Shown one piece after another: positions 41,190 through 50,964 of a stretch of 64,000 nt of DNA. The number at the start of each line of letters is the position of its first letter. Positions within the stretch are counted from its first letter, which is position 1. The position numbers were made by a program, and so were the translations under genes. The notes under the pieces were generated by a model. That model worked only from the letters and a program-made list of their open reading frames with translations. It made no database searches and had not been told where the DNA came from. The stretch comes from Limnothrix sp. BL-A-16 (GTDB taxonomy: Bacteria > Cyanobacteriota > Cyanobacteriia > CACIAM-69d): positions 1,888,001 through 1,952,000 of the forward strand of contig CP166615.1 of the NCBI GenBank assembly GCA_041937175.2, written 5' to 3'.

Positions 41190-43802
41190 TTACCAAGGAC
41201 TGCCGATCGCCACGAAGGCGGCCCAGTAGTAGGGATGGGCCAGGGAGCCGGAATTATCAGGCAGCGACGGCAGGGGGATCGGCCCCCGGGCGCTGGAGGT
41301 GAGGCCGCTCCCTTCGACGCGGACTCGTCCTTCAATCATGGCCATTTGGGCCTGGCGCAGGGCTTGGGACTTGGTGGGGGCGATCGAGAGTTGCCGATAA
41401 AACTCGCTCATGAGGGCCAGGGTTCCTTCGTCGCTCACATACCACAGGCTGGCGAGGGCAGATTTCACACCCGCCTGCACGGCCAGCCCCGCAAACCCCA
41501 ACTCCGCATTCGCATCACCCACGGCCGTACGACAGGCACTCAGCACCAGCAATTCCACTGGCGGATTGTTCAAACTCAGTTCCCGCAGTCGATCGAGCGT
41601 CAGGCGCTCCTGATTCCAGAACTGAATATAGGAATTCACCGGTTGGCCGGGTTTGAATTCGCCGTGGGTGGCCAGGTGCAAAATGGGGGCCGGTTGCCGT
41701 TGGCGCTGGGTTTGCAGGTTGGCGATCGTGAAGGCTTCGTTCAGGAAGGTGGTGGTTTGGGCCCGTTCTTGGGCAATGGTTTGCAGCTCCATGGGCACGG
41801 CAGGCAGGGGATTCAACCCCGCTGGAAATTCGGAAGCTCCCATGGCCAAAATGGGCGCATCTCGAAGGCTGACGTAGCGGGCATCGGTTAGGTTGATGCT
41901 GGGGGTCATGCCCAGGGCAAACCGCTGCACCAAAAATTGCTGACCATCATGCAGGGCGGCCCAGGGGAGCGATCGCAGGCCCGCATCGGGCGAGATCAGC
42001 AGGGTATCGATCTTTTGGGCGGCCAGTTCTGGGGCGATCGGGGCGATCAGCCAACGATCGAGCTGTTCTGCTGCGGTTCGGTAGGCGTTGCCCCGCCGCA
42101 ACACAGGATTGGTGATCGCTTGGCGCAGGCGATCGGCGGCGGCCAACACTTCGGCCCGGCCCACGCCCGATCGCCGGTAGATCGGTTCCCCGCTGCTGGT
42201 AATCACCACCAGATCCGTTTGTTGTTCCTGCAACATCACGTAGATCAAGGCGGTTCGGCTGTTGGTCTGTTGCCGAATGTCGCCCAACAGTTCCCGTAAA
42301 GAAGCACTGCTGACGGGGTTACTGGTGATGGAACTGTCCAAATAGTTCTCAATTTGTTGTGTCCAGGCGTTTTCCAGTTGATCCAAACCCAAGTCAAAAT
42401 TTCCCTGCACGAAGGTATCGCCCAGACTGGCATCCAGGGCTAAATTACTGGCCTCAATGTCAGCCAGCATGGCAATACTTTCAGGGCCAAATTCGCCACC
42501 GGGCCACAGTTCGCCCGGTTCAGGGCCAAATTCGCCATCGGGCCCCAACTCACCCGGCTCAGGGCCAAATTCGCCATTGGGCCCCAGCTCGCCCGGTTCA
42601 GGGCCAAATTCCCCCGGATCAAAGGCTAGATTCCCCTCTCCCCAAGGGCCACCAGGGCCAAACTCCCGATCGCCAAAATCCCCTTGAGGGCCGGGCGGGT
42701 CAAACTTTCCGGCTTCAAAGTCGCTGGCAATATCTTGGGCGTTGTTAGGGGGTAGCCGATCACCCAGTTCATCGAGAGATCCGGGGCGATCGGGAATCGC
42801 TGGCGGCACGGGGAGCGGCGATTGATCGCGCAACACTTGCAAACCCGCGCCCCCCTCTTGGCCATTCACCGGCCCCGTCACCAAGGCCGCGCCGGGTTCC
42901 AGGGCCACCGTGTCGCCAGTGCGGGTGAGTTGTACGGTTCCATCGTCCTCCACTGCAATGCTGGTGGCGACATTTTCAGCGGGGCCGCTCAGCAGTTCCG
43001 GCAGGGTGAGGGGTGCAAAGAATCCCGTATCGGCGGGTCGAATTGGGCTGTTTTCGGGGCTGCTGAGGCCAGGGATGCCAATATCGAAGCTGAGGATGTT
43101 GCCGATCGCCTGGATCCGCACCACCCGATCGCCCTCCACGGCGGCCACCGTGACGGCGTTGGCCCCTGAGGCGATCGACCCCGTAGAAAGGACGGTTCCC
43201 CCCAGGAGGGCTACCTGTTGATTCGCCTGAATGGTTCCATCGTGAACGATCGACCCGGCCAGGAACGGCGAAAAGGCAAAGGCCGTGGGCGTGCCGTTCA
43301 GGCCCCGCAAGTCATTGTTCTCAAAGACGTTGAACCACTGAAGACCAAATTGCACAGCGTTGGCGCTGGTGGCATAAAAGCTGCCGGGTACGTTCACCTG
43401 GGCCGTGCTGCCAAAGACGATGCCCGCCGGGTTCAAAAGATAAAGATTGGCGGAACCACCGCTCAGTTGCACCAGACCATCAATCACCGAGGGATCGCCA
43501 CTGCTAATCCGGCTGAAGATGTTCTGGATGCTGGGATCGATGATGAAGGTGGCCCTGTCGCCCGGTTCCAGATCAAATTGCTCAAACCCATGGAAGAGGT
43601 TGATTCCACTGCTCGATCGACTGCCGCCCGTGATGTTGAACTGTTGATCGTTGGGGCGATCCACAAGGGTTCCCAATCCGTCATCAGCCGGAACCACTTC
43701 GGCCAGGGCCGGGCCGCTGATCCAGCTTGGGCCGAGGGCAATCGTGAATCCCAACCAAAATCCTAACCAGGGCCAAACTTGCGAGATCACGCGAAAGGAC
43801 AT
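41190..43802 (-). CDS. haemagglutinin-secretion-domain / CHAT protease fusion
   Basis: Signal peptide (...GPALA), NLFHGFEQF, NLYLLNPAGIVFG; C-terminal LHLATHG, LVLSACRTA, HPYYWAAF. Confidence 0.92.
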   Translation of the reverse strand: MSFRVISQVWPWLGFWLGFTIALGPSWISGPALAEVVPADDGLGTLVDRPNDQQFNITGGSRSSSGINLFHGFEQFDLEPGDRATFIIDPSIQNIFSRISSGDPSVIDGLVQLSGGSANLYLLNPAGIVFGSTAQVNVPGSFYATSANAVQFGLQWFNVFENNDLRGLNGTPTAFAFSPFLAGSIVHDGTIQANQQVALLGGTVLSTGSIASGANAVTVAAVEGDRVVRIQAIGNILSFDIGIPGLSSPENSPIRPADTGFFAPLTLPELLSGPAENVATSIAVEDDGTVQLTRTGDTVALEPGAALVTGPVNGQEGGAGLQVLRDQSPLPVPPAIPDRPGSLDELGDRLPPNNAQDIASDFEAGKFDPPGPQGDFGDREFGPGGPWGEGNLAFDPGEFGPEPGELGPNGEFGPEPGELGPDGEFGPEPGELWPGGEFGPESIAMLADIEASNLALDASLGDTFVQGNFDLGLDQLENAWTQQIENYLDSSITSNPVSSASLRELLGDIRQQTNSRTALIYVMLQEQQTDLVVITSSGEPIYRRSGVGRAEVLAAADRLRQAITNPVLRRGNAYRTAAEQLDRWLIAPIAPELAAQKIDTLLISPDAGLRSLPWAALHDGQQFLVQRFALGMTPSINLTDARYVSLRDAPILAMGASEFPAGLNPLPAVPMELQTIAQERAQTTTFLNEAFTIANLQTQRQRQPAPILHLATHGEFKPGQPVNSYIQFWNQERLTLDRLRELSLNNPPVELLVLSACRTAVGDANAELGFAGLAVQAGVKSALASLWYVSDEGTLALMSEFYRQLSIAPTKSQALRQAQMAMIEGRVRVEGSGLTSSARGPIPLPSLPDNSGSLAHPYYWAAFVAIGSPW
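42481..42615 (-). repeat. 39-bp tandem repeat (GEFGPEPGELGPx x3.5)
   Basis: Visible in both DNA and protein, between the haemagglutinin and CHAT parts. Confidence 0.85.
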
Positions 43803-44037
43803 GAGGCGATCCTGAGGTAGGGGAGCGGAAATGATGGTTGTTAATCGAGCAGTCGATCGGGCAATTTTCCGGAAGCGGGTGAAGCGCCTATTATTCTAGG
43901 CTTCGTCCCCCATGCATTTGCTGGTTTCCCCCGTGGTCTAGTCGAGCAACTCCGGTTGTTTGCCTGGGACCGAAATCCACATGCCTTTAGGCGGGGGAGG
44001 ATATCAAGAATTATCTATTCCAGGAGACTGAGCCGTT

Positions 44038-44628
44038 ATGGTGCTAACCGCTTCAATGATGTTGGAACTGGGTATCCTTGCTCCGGATTTTGCCCTGCCG
44101 GAGGTGACCACAGGGGAAACCATTTCCCTGGCAACGGTGGCCGATCGCCCGTTGCTATTGGTGATGTTTATCTGCCGCCATTGCCCCTACGTCAAGCATA
44201 TTCAGGCGGAGTTGGCCCGGTTGGGTCAAGATTGGGGCGATCGCGCCGGGATCATTGCCATCAGCGCTAATGATGCGGTGGCCTATCCCGATGATGCGCC
44301 CGATCGGCTGGCGGACTGGGCCCGGGACTGCGGATTCAACTTCCCGGTGTGCTATGACGAAACTCAGGCGGTGGCCCAGGCCTACTCGGCCGCCTGCACC
44401 CCAGATTTCTTTGTTTTCGATCGCGATCGCGCTTTGGTCTATCGTGGCCAGCTCGATCGCAGCCGCCCTGGCAACCCAGAACCTAATGATGGGGCAGATT
44501 TGCGGGCTGCGTTGGCGGCCGTTTGGGCGGGGGAACTGGTTCCGGAACCCCAAATTCCCAGCTTGGGTTGCAACATCAAGTGGAAACCTGGCAATGAGCC
44601 AACCTATTTTGGTCTCAGTGCAGTTTAG
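44038..44628 (+). CDS. thioredoxin-fold (AhpC/TSA-like) protein
   Basis: APDFALP, MFICRHCPYV, AACTPDFF, YRGQLD, PSLGCNIKW. Confidence 0.92.
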   Translation: MVLTASMMLELGILAPDFALPEVTTGETISLATVADRPLLLVMFICRHCPYVKHIQAELARLGQDWGDRAGIIAISANDAVAYPDDAPDRLADWARDCGFNFPVCYDETQAVAQAYSAACTPDFFVFDRDRALVYRGQLDRSRPGNPEPNDGADLRAALAAVWAGELVPEPQIPSLGCNIKWKPGNEPTYFGLSAV

Positions 44629-44742
44629 GGGATTGCCGGTTGGTCGGGTGCTGCCGCCGCCATGCGTCTGGATCTCGGCCTAGGTCTCAGTCTAGGTCTC
44701 AATCATGGGTTAATCAACGGCACAAGAAGTTAGCCAATAGCT

Positions 44743-45714
44743 ATGAGCGATCGTCCCCGTTCTCGAAAGATTCAATCTAAGAGTCAATCCAAGAGTGGAT
44801 CCAAGATTCAACCCAAGAGTCGATCAACGAGTCGATCAATCCCCCGAAATACCCTATGGGGAGCGATCGGGTTGGCAATGTTGCTGTGGGGGGTGGGTTC
44901 CTGGGGCCGCGCCACTGATCCGGTTCCGGGGCGATCGGTCTTGGCGAGTAATCAGCTAATTGGTAATCCGCTTAATGACCAGTTTGCTGATCGGTTTGTT
45001 GGCCGATTTGATGATCAAATTAATGATCAACCCAATAATTCACCCAATAATCAGCAATATCTCAAGAATCAACCCCATCAACCGCTTGCTCAGTGGCTCA
45101 TGAGCACGCGCCGATCGAGCGATCGGCGCTATTCTCGGGCCGCTTTAGACTATTTCATGGAAGTGGCTTTTGGGAATGAGTTTTCTAACAATCCTGATAC
45201 CAACTACATTCGCAAGTGGGCCAACGATCTGCAATTAGCGGTGCGAGGTAGGCCAACGACGGACGATCGGGCCACGCTCGATCGCATTGTGGGGGATCTC
45301 AATCAATTATTGGGCGGTGCAATTCGGATTCGCTTCACCACTCAAAATCCCAATGTGGTGATTTACTTTGTGCCGGAAGCAGATTTTCCAAAATATGACC
45401 CCCACTATGTGCCCCGAAATTTGGGATTTTTTCGGGTTTGGTGGACGGGCAATTTAGAAATTCAACGGGCCCAAATTTTAATTAGCACTACGGGGGTGAG
45501 CCAACGGGAGCGATCGCACCTGATTCGGGAGGAACTGACCCAATCTCTGGGCCTGATGAACGATGCGGAAACCTATCGCGACAGCACGTTTTATCAAGGT
45601 TGGACAGAAACACAGGAGTTTTCACCGCTCGATCGGGACTTAATTCAAATGCTTTACGATCGCCGGGTGCGCAGTGGTCAAACCCGCGAACAAATTCGCC
45701 AACTCTTCCGTTGA
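44743..45714 (+). CDS. DUF2927-like protein
   Basis: N-terminal TM, YFMEVAFG.E, IRKW, HLIREELTQSLGLMND, S.FY. Confidence 0.75.
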   Translation: MSDRPRSRKIQSKSQSKSGSKIQPKSRSTSRSIPRNTLWGAIGLAMLLWGVGSWGRATDPVPGRSVLASNQLIGNPLNDQFADRFVGRFDDQINDQPNNSPNNQQYLKNQPHQPLAQWLMSTRRSSDRRYSRAALDYFMEVAFGNEFSNNPDTNYIRKWANDLQLAVRGRPTTDDRATLDRIVGDLNQLLGGAIRIRFTTQNPNVVIYFVPEADFPKYDPHYVPRNLGFFRVWWTGNLEIQRAQILISTTGVSQRERSHLIREELTQSLGLMNDAETYRDSTFYQGWTETQEFSPLDRDLIQMLYDRRVRSGQTREQIRQLFR

Positions 45715-45865
45715 CCATTGGGACTCCAGGCAATCCGCGTCAGGCCGCTATCTCCTTGGGTAGGAATCCGGCACAGCAGCTCGCCCCGTCGGTTCCAAAT
45801 CCGCACCTCTTGGTTATGACTGGCGGTGGCAATTTGTTCACCGTCGGCCCGAATCGCCAAGCCCC
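45710..45865 (-). pseudogene. WD40-repeat gene remnant
   Basis: Minus-strand frame reads AIRADGEQIATASHNQEVRIWNRRGELL...IAWSPNGQ, about 1.3 WD40 repeats, with no full gene. Confidence 0.55.
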
Positions 45866-45970
45866 AAGCGATTTAAGTGCAAAGAATTTAAGTGCAAAGA
45901 GTGTAATTACCAGTTAGCCAACTTGTCCATCGTGATTCAGCAACAGAATCGGAGTTGTAATTCAGGGACT

Positions 45971-46564
45971 CTAACTGTTGTGCGGATTCTCTGTGCAATG
46001 CCGAATGATTTTGGCAGGAACACCGCCCACGATGTAGCCATCGGGCACATCTTTGGTGACCACTGCACCGGAAGCAATCACCACGTTGTCACCAATTGTT
46101 ACGCCGGGGTTGATAATCGCACCGCCGCCAATCCAAACGTTGTGGCCGATCGCGATCGGCTTGCCCAATTCCTGACCCGATCGGCGTAAGTCCGGGTCGA
46201 TCGGGTGGGTGGCCGTCAAAATGCTGACCCGAGGGCCAATTAGGCAATAATCGCCAATTCGTACTTCACAAACATCCAGAATAATGAGATCAAAATTGGC
46301 ATAAAAATGATTGCCTAAATGGATGTTATAGCCATAGTCACATTTAAAATTCGGTTCAATATAAATTTCCGGTGGCACTGTGCCCAACAGGTCGCGCAAA
46401 ATGCTGAACCTTAGGCTGGGTTCTTCTTCAGTGGTGGCATTATAGCGGCGGCAAAGTTGGCGAGCTTGGGCCCGTTCTTGAACAAGTTGAAAATCGGAAG
46501 CTAAGTATAGTTGACCTGCGATCATTTTTCCTTTTTCGCTATTTTCTTTAGCAGAATTAGCCAT
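45971..46564 (-). CDS. maltose/galactoside O-acetyltransferase family
   Basis: [49 protein letters not shown]. Confidence 0.93.
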   Translation of the reverse strand: MANSAKENSEKGKMIAGQLYLASDFQLVQERAQARQLCRRYNATTEEEPSLRFSILRDLLGTVPPEIYIEPNFKCDYGYNIHLGNHFYANFDLIILDVCEVRIGDYCLIGPRVSILTATHPIDPDLRRSGQELGKPIAIGHNVWIGGGAIINPGVTIGDNVVIASGAVVTKDVPDGYIVGGVPAKIIRHCTENPHNS

Positions 46565-46767
46565 AATTAGCCACCAAAAATTGATCGATCTTCATCAAAA
46601 TCAAAATCCCAGGAGCGATTTATGAATCATAATCATCTCCTGGAATTTTATGGAACCTGTGCAGTTGTGGGATTGATCAGCCTGGGTCGATCGCGCTGTG
46701 CCGCAACACCTTTGGGATTGATCAGCTCCCGATCGATCCAGTGCTGAATCGATATAGAAACCGAGGC

Positions 46768-47127
46768 TTAATCGGTGTACGTATAGGTTTCCCCGCCGCA
46801 AATCGTGCCCGAACTGACCGAATCTGAACCATCCGCAAAGCGAGCCATGAAGTCATAGGTACAATCTTCGCGGCCGTCATCAATGGTGATGTCAACAGAC
46901 TCGCCAGGATTCAACACATCAACCCCCAAAATGTCCTCTTCCCAAGAACTGGTGCTGGGGGGCGAAGCGTAAAAATGCGTCATGGTTGAGCTAGTGCCAT
47001 TAACCAGCGTGAAAGTCACTGACTCTGTGTTCGCTTTGGCCATGGCTGCCGACAGGGCCACCATCGGAACTGCAATGGTGGCCGCCAAGGCCGATTTCAA
47101 GGTCGATCGCATCGTCCATTGAGTCAT
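46768..47127 (-). CDS. small secreted hypothetical protein
   Basis: Signal peptide ending AKA; FTLVNGT...FYASP...WEEDILG..VL.PGE...C.YD. Confidence 0.8.
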   Translation of the reverse strand: MTQWTMRSTLKSALAATIAVPMVALSAAMAKANTESVTFTLVNGTSSTMTHFYASPPSTSSWEEDILGVDVLNPGESVDITIDDGREDCTYDFMARFADGSDSVSSGTICGGETYTYTD

Positions 47128-47208
47128 ATAAAGTCTCTCAAGTTCTCAGAGGTGATGTGAAGAAATGGTCAAAAACCGAGGTTAAAAAGCATTTCTCAGC
47201 CAACGATT

Positions 47209-47793
47209 TTAGTCTTGAATCGCAGCCAGCAGCAATTCCTCGATCGGGCGATCGCCAAAGGTACTGGCGGGGAACGTATCAACCACGTCGAATTTGGCCC
47301 CCAACCCCATTAATTCATCATCCAAAAACTTTAAGAAATTGGTTGCGCTCGGATCGTTTCCCACTTGCACAAAGCTAATGGCCAATTGCTCATCAACGGA
47401 CATCTTTTTGGTGGCCGCGACGATCGCTTGGGCAGCAGCGGCCTTGTCATCGGGCTGACCATCAGTAATCACCAGTAGAGTCAAGGGGACTTCCGCTTGC
47501 CATTTTTTCAACAAAACGGTATTTAGAAGTCCTGCTAAATTGGTAGAACCGAAGGGTTCATTTTGGCTAAAGATTTCGGCCACCGTCGCCGCCGTTGCAT
47601 TGCCAAATTCACGAATTTTGCTGGCAAAAGTGTAAACTTCAATGCCATCTGGATCCAGTTTTTCCACTGCTTGGGCCAGACCAAAAGCTGCTTCCGCAAC
47701 AGCAGCCCAGCGGGTTTGTCCATTGGGAAGGGGCATACCCATGGAGCTGGAAGCGTCAATCGCCAAAATGTAATCGCGCTTGAGGCTAATCAT
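47209..47793 (-). CDS. stand-alone VWA domain protein, copy 1
   Basis: MIDAS motif DASSS, GSTNLA, ITDGQP. Confidence 0.9.
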   Translation of the reverse strand: MISLKRDYILAIDASSSMGMPLPNGQTRWAAVAEAAFGLAQAVEKLDPDGIEVYTFASKIREFGNATAATVAEIFSQNEPFGSTNLAGLLNTVLLKKWQAEVPLTLLVITDGQPDDKAAAAQAIVAATKKMSVDEQLAISFVQVGNDPSATNFLKFLDDELMGLGAKFDVVDTFPASTFGDRPIEELLLAAIQD

Positions 47794-47943
47794 GTCTCAA
47801 TTTGATAGAAAAAAAGTGGTTAAACGATCAGAGTGTCTAGAGAAGTTATGCAACTAGCGTCAATCGTTTTCAGGAAATTGGTCGCTGAATCATGCTCCAT
47901 TCACTGATCGTTAATTCTTGAACATTAAGCACATCAATTTATC

Positions 47944-48528
47944 TTAATCTTGGATTGCAGCAAGCAGAATTTCTTCAATCGATCGGTTACCAAATTCACT
48001 CGCAGCAAAGGTATCAACCACATCGAATTTAGCGCCCAATCCCATTAACTCATCATCCAAAAATTTCAAGAAATTGGTTGCACCTGGATCATCACCAATT
48101 TGGACAAAGGTAATCGCTAGTTGCTCGTCCGATTGCATTTTTTTGGTGGCGGCCACCAGGGCTTGGGCGGCGGCGGCCTTGTCGTCCGGTTGCCCGTCGG
48201 TGACGATAATCAGGGTGGTGGGCACTTCGGGAACCCACTTTTGCAGCAACACCAGGTTCAGAAGCCCGGCCAGGTTGGTTGACCCAAATGGGCGATTTTG
48301 GCTAAACAAATTGGCAACGGTTTGAGCGTCGGCGTTGCCATATTCCTTGACCCCAGAGGCAAAGGTATAGACCTGGATGCCGTCGGGATCAAATTGTTCG
48401 ATCGCCTGGGCCAGTCCAAAGGCCGCTTCAGCAACGGCGGCCCAACGGGTTTGACCGTTCGGCATCTGGATGCCCATGGAGCTGGAAGCGTCCACGGCCA
48501 AAATATAGTCTCGGGTTAGGTCAGTCAT
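47944..48528 (-). CDS. stand-alone VWA domain protein, copy 2
   Basis: Same length and collinear with copy 1; DASSS, GSTNLA, VTDGQP. Confidence 0.9.
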   Translation of the reverse strand: MTDLTRDYILAVDASSSMGIQMPNGQTRWAAVAEAAFGLAQAIEQFDPDGIQVYTFASGVKEYGNADAQTVANLFSQNRPFGSTNLAGLLNLVLLQKWVPEVPTTLIIVTDGQPDDKAAAAQALVAATKKMQSDEQLAITFVQIGDDPGATNFLKFLDDELMGLGAKFDVVDTFAASEFGNRSIEEILLAAIQD

Positions 48529-48746
48529 GATTTCACGCAGGCAATTACTTTCCAATATCCTAGATACCGCTAATTCGCCCTCATTGATCCCAATTTTCCT
48601 ATTGAATTAATGCTAATTGAACCTTTTGGATCAATCTTTTGAATCAACCTCAGATTGCATCCTAGGTATCAATGCTGGCTAACAGCGCAATCGGGCGAGA
48701 TCGGGCGAGATTTGGATTAACCCAATCTCTCGTGGCTCAATGCTAG

Positions 48747-49430
48747 CTAGATATCTGTACCGGGTTGATTGTTGGGTAGCTGATTGTTGGGCAATGAATC
48801 GCTAGGGGCTTGATTATTGGGGATGGATGGTGAATTGGCGGGGCGATCGGGTGCGGCGGGACTGGCGGCGGGGCTGGGCGACTCCAGCGGCGTGACCCAT
48901 TGGAAGTCGATCGCAATTTTTTGGTCACCCACCTTCACTTGGGTCACTTCAATTTCGCGGGTTCCGGCGGCCAGGCGCTGAAAACTATCTGCCAAAAGCT
49001 GATTCACGGTGATGATGCGGGGGTCGGCCAAGGTGATGCAGGGCGAATCCACGCGAGCAATTTTGGCTTCTAGGAGTTGCTTAGAGCTGGCTTGCAGCAC
49101 AAAATCGAGGCTACCGGGTTCTAGGCGCTTGTCGGGACAAACGAATTTGCCAAAGGCTCGCACTTGCCCCTCTTGAATTTCAAAGCGATCGATGGTTTCT
49201 ACAAAGGAAGCGGGATCGCCTTTAAAACTGATGGGGTTTTGGTTCAGTAGGGTTTCGGAAACTTCGTAGCCGCTGTTAACCACCAAGTTGCCGTTTTGGA
49301 TGTCGGCTTTGAAGCTGAATCCACAGCCCACCAAGGGCAACAACAGGGCGATCGCCCCAAGGGTGGGAACGCCGGGCCGTAGCTGGAAACGGGCTTGCGA
49401 TAATCGAGATTGCCTAGCCGATCGATTCAC
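48747..49430 (-). CDS. hypothetical lipoprotein
   Basis: Basic N-terminus, hydrophobic stretch, lipobox LVGC, Pro/Asn-rich tail. Confidence 0.7.
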   Translation of the reverse strand: MNRSARQSRLSQARFQLRPGVPTLGAIALLLPLVGCGFSFKADIQNGNLVVNSGYEVSETLLNQNPISFKGDPASFVETIDRFEIQEGQVRAFGKFVCPDKRLEPGSLDFVLQASSKQLLEAKIARVDSPCITLADPRIITVNQLLADSFQRLAAGTREIEVTQVKVGDQKIAIDFQWVTPLESPSPAASPAAPDRPANSPSIPNNQAPSDSLPNNQLPNNQPGTDI

Positions 49431-49618
49431 GGCGATCGCCCCTCCCTCTGGGCTGGTTGCGGTGCGGAATGCTGAAAAATGGCTGTTGATCAGCCCTGTT
49501 CGGTTCCCAACCTAGCGCGATCGCCCTAGGCAGCATCCACACCGGGAACCCGTACCGCATTCATCGGAAATCCGCTGGGGGCTGATTTTGCCCCTGAATT
49601 GACTGCCCGATCGCCTCT

Positions 49619-49766
49619 CTAGTAGCGTGGCTGCCTTAATTCGCTGGGTTAAATGACATGGCTGTTACCGTCACCTGATCGTTAAGCAGCAAGATGCTCA
49701 AGCCCCTTGTTACCACGACTGGCTCCGCCACTTTGACCCAATGTCTTAAGCCTGTCGCGCTACTAG
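49619..49766. mobile_element. MITE family B (148 bp including both CTAG)
   Basis: CTAGTAGCGTGGC...GTCGCGCTACTAG; inverted copy at 62169-62316; internal palindrome variant at 49690-49709. Confidence 0.85.
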
Positions 49767-50785
49767 GGTTGGGGTGACAGATAGGGCGAGGCGATTGGGG
49801 CTTGGCGTTTTTGCCAAACCAAGGCTTGATAGAGCGCCACGGCCACATCTGCGCGGGTTGCTGGTCGTTGAGCATCCAGGCGATCGCGCAAGGGATAGTA
49901 AGTGACCAAGTTGCTTTGGCTGGCGGCGGCCACCTTGGGCTGGGCCCAGCGGGCTAGGGCCAAGCCGTCGCTGTAACGCTCCAGTTCCCGTTGGCGATCG
50001 GGCGGTTCCGGCAGCGGCAAATTCAACCCCGAGGCAAGGGTGATATAGAGTTCGAGGCGAGAAACCGGTTGGTCGGGGGCGAATTGTCCATTGGGATAAC
50101 CGCGCATTAATCCCAACACAACGGTTCGATCGACAGCGGATTTTGCCCAATGGTCGGCCGCCAAGTCCGGGAAGGGCAGGGGCGATCGCACCGTGGGCCC
50201 CGCCCAGGCATCTCGCAAAATGGCCGCCAATTCAGCCCGGGTCACCGGTTGATCGGGCTTGAAGGACCCATCCTCAAACCCGGCAATAATTTTGTCTTTC
50301 CGCAGTTTTTCAATGAAGGGATAGGCCCAATGTTGCCCGTCCACATCCTGAAAGGGCGCGGCTACTGGCTCCGAGGCGGCTGGCGCAATGGCTGGTGCAA
50401 CAGATGGCGCAGGGACGATCGGCTGGGCCGGAGCGGCAGAAATGGGGTTGGGCCCCGGCGCGGGAGCAGCAGGAGCCAGGGTTTGGCTAGCCACCGGGGG
50501 AGCCGTGGGGGAGGCTGCTGGGGCCTTGGCGGGCGCGCCGGGCTGGGGTGTAGGGGCGATCGCCTTTGTGGGTTCTGTTCCTGTGCCCTTGGGCGCTTCA
50601 GGGGCAACGGGGCGAGATCGCAGCAAGCCCTGCCAACCCGCTGGGACCGATTGGCGACTGGCAAACCACCAGAACAATCCCCCAAAGATTAGCAGGGCTA
50701 CTAAGACCGCAATCCATTCGTCATTGGTCTCGCGAGCCGATCGCGATCGATCCTCGGGCAAGGGCCCATCCGGCAATTGAGACAC
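49763..50785 (-). CDS. membrane-anchored S-layer homology domain protein
   Basis: DEWIAVLVAL TM segment, Pro/Ala linker, three SLH repeats (FQDV..HWA, GFEDGSFKPDQPVTRAE, GYPNGQFAP). Confidence 0.9.
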   Translation of the reverse strand: MSQLPDGPLPEDRSRSARETNDEWIAVLVALLIFGGLFWWFASRQSVPAGWQGLLRSRPVAPEAPKGTGTEPTKAIAPTPQPGAPAKAPAASPTAPPVASQTLAPAAPAPGPNPISAAPAQPIVPAPSVAPAIAPAASEPVAAPFQDVDGQHWAYPFIEKLRKDKIIAGFEDGSFKPDQPVTRAELAAILRDAWAGPTVRSPLPFPDLAADHWAKSAVDRTVVLGLMRGYPNGQFAPDQPVSRLELYITLASGLNLPLPEPPDRQRELERYSDGLALARWAQPKVAAASQSNLVTYYPLRDRLDAQRPATRADVAVALYQALVWQKRQAPIASPYLSPQP

Positions 50786-50964
50786 GCACCACCTCCAAAC
50801 TCAGGCCATGGCCGGGATTTTCATCAACTCGCACCGGAGGGACGAGGTAACCCCGGGGCTTAACCGTTCCCGGCCCCTTAAAGGTCGGTGGCGGCTAAGT
50901 CTCCGGACAGCCTAGCAAATGGCCCGCTGGGAGGCAAAATTAGGGCGCGATCGCAGCCGCGCTC

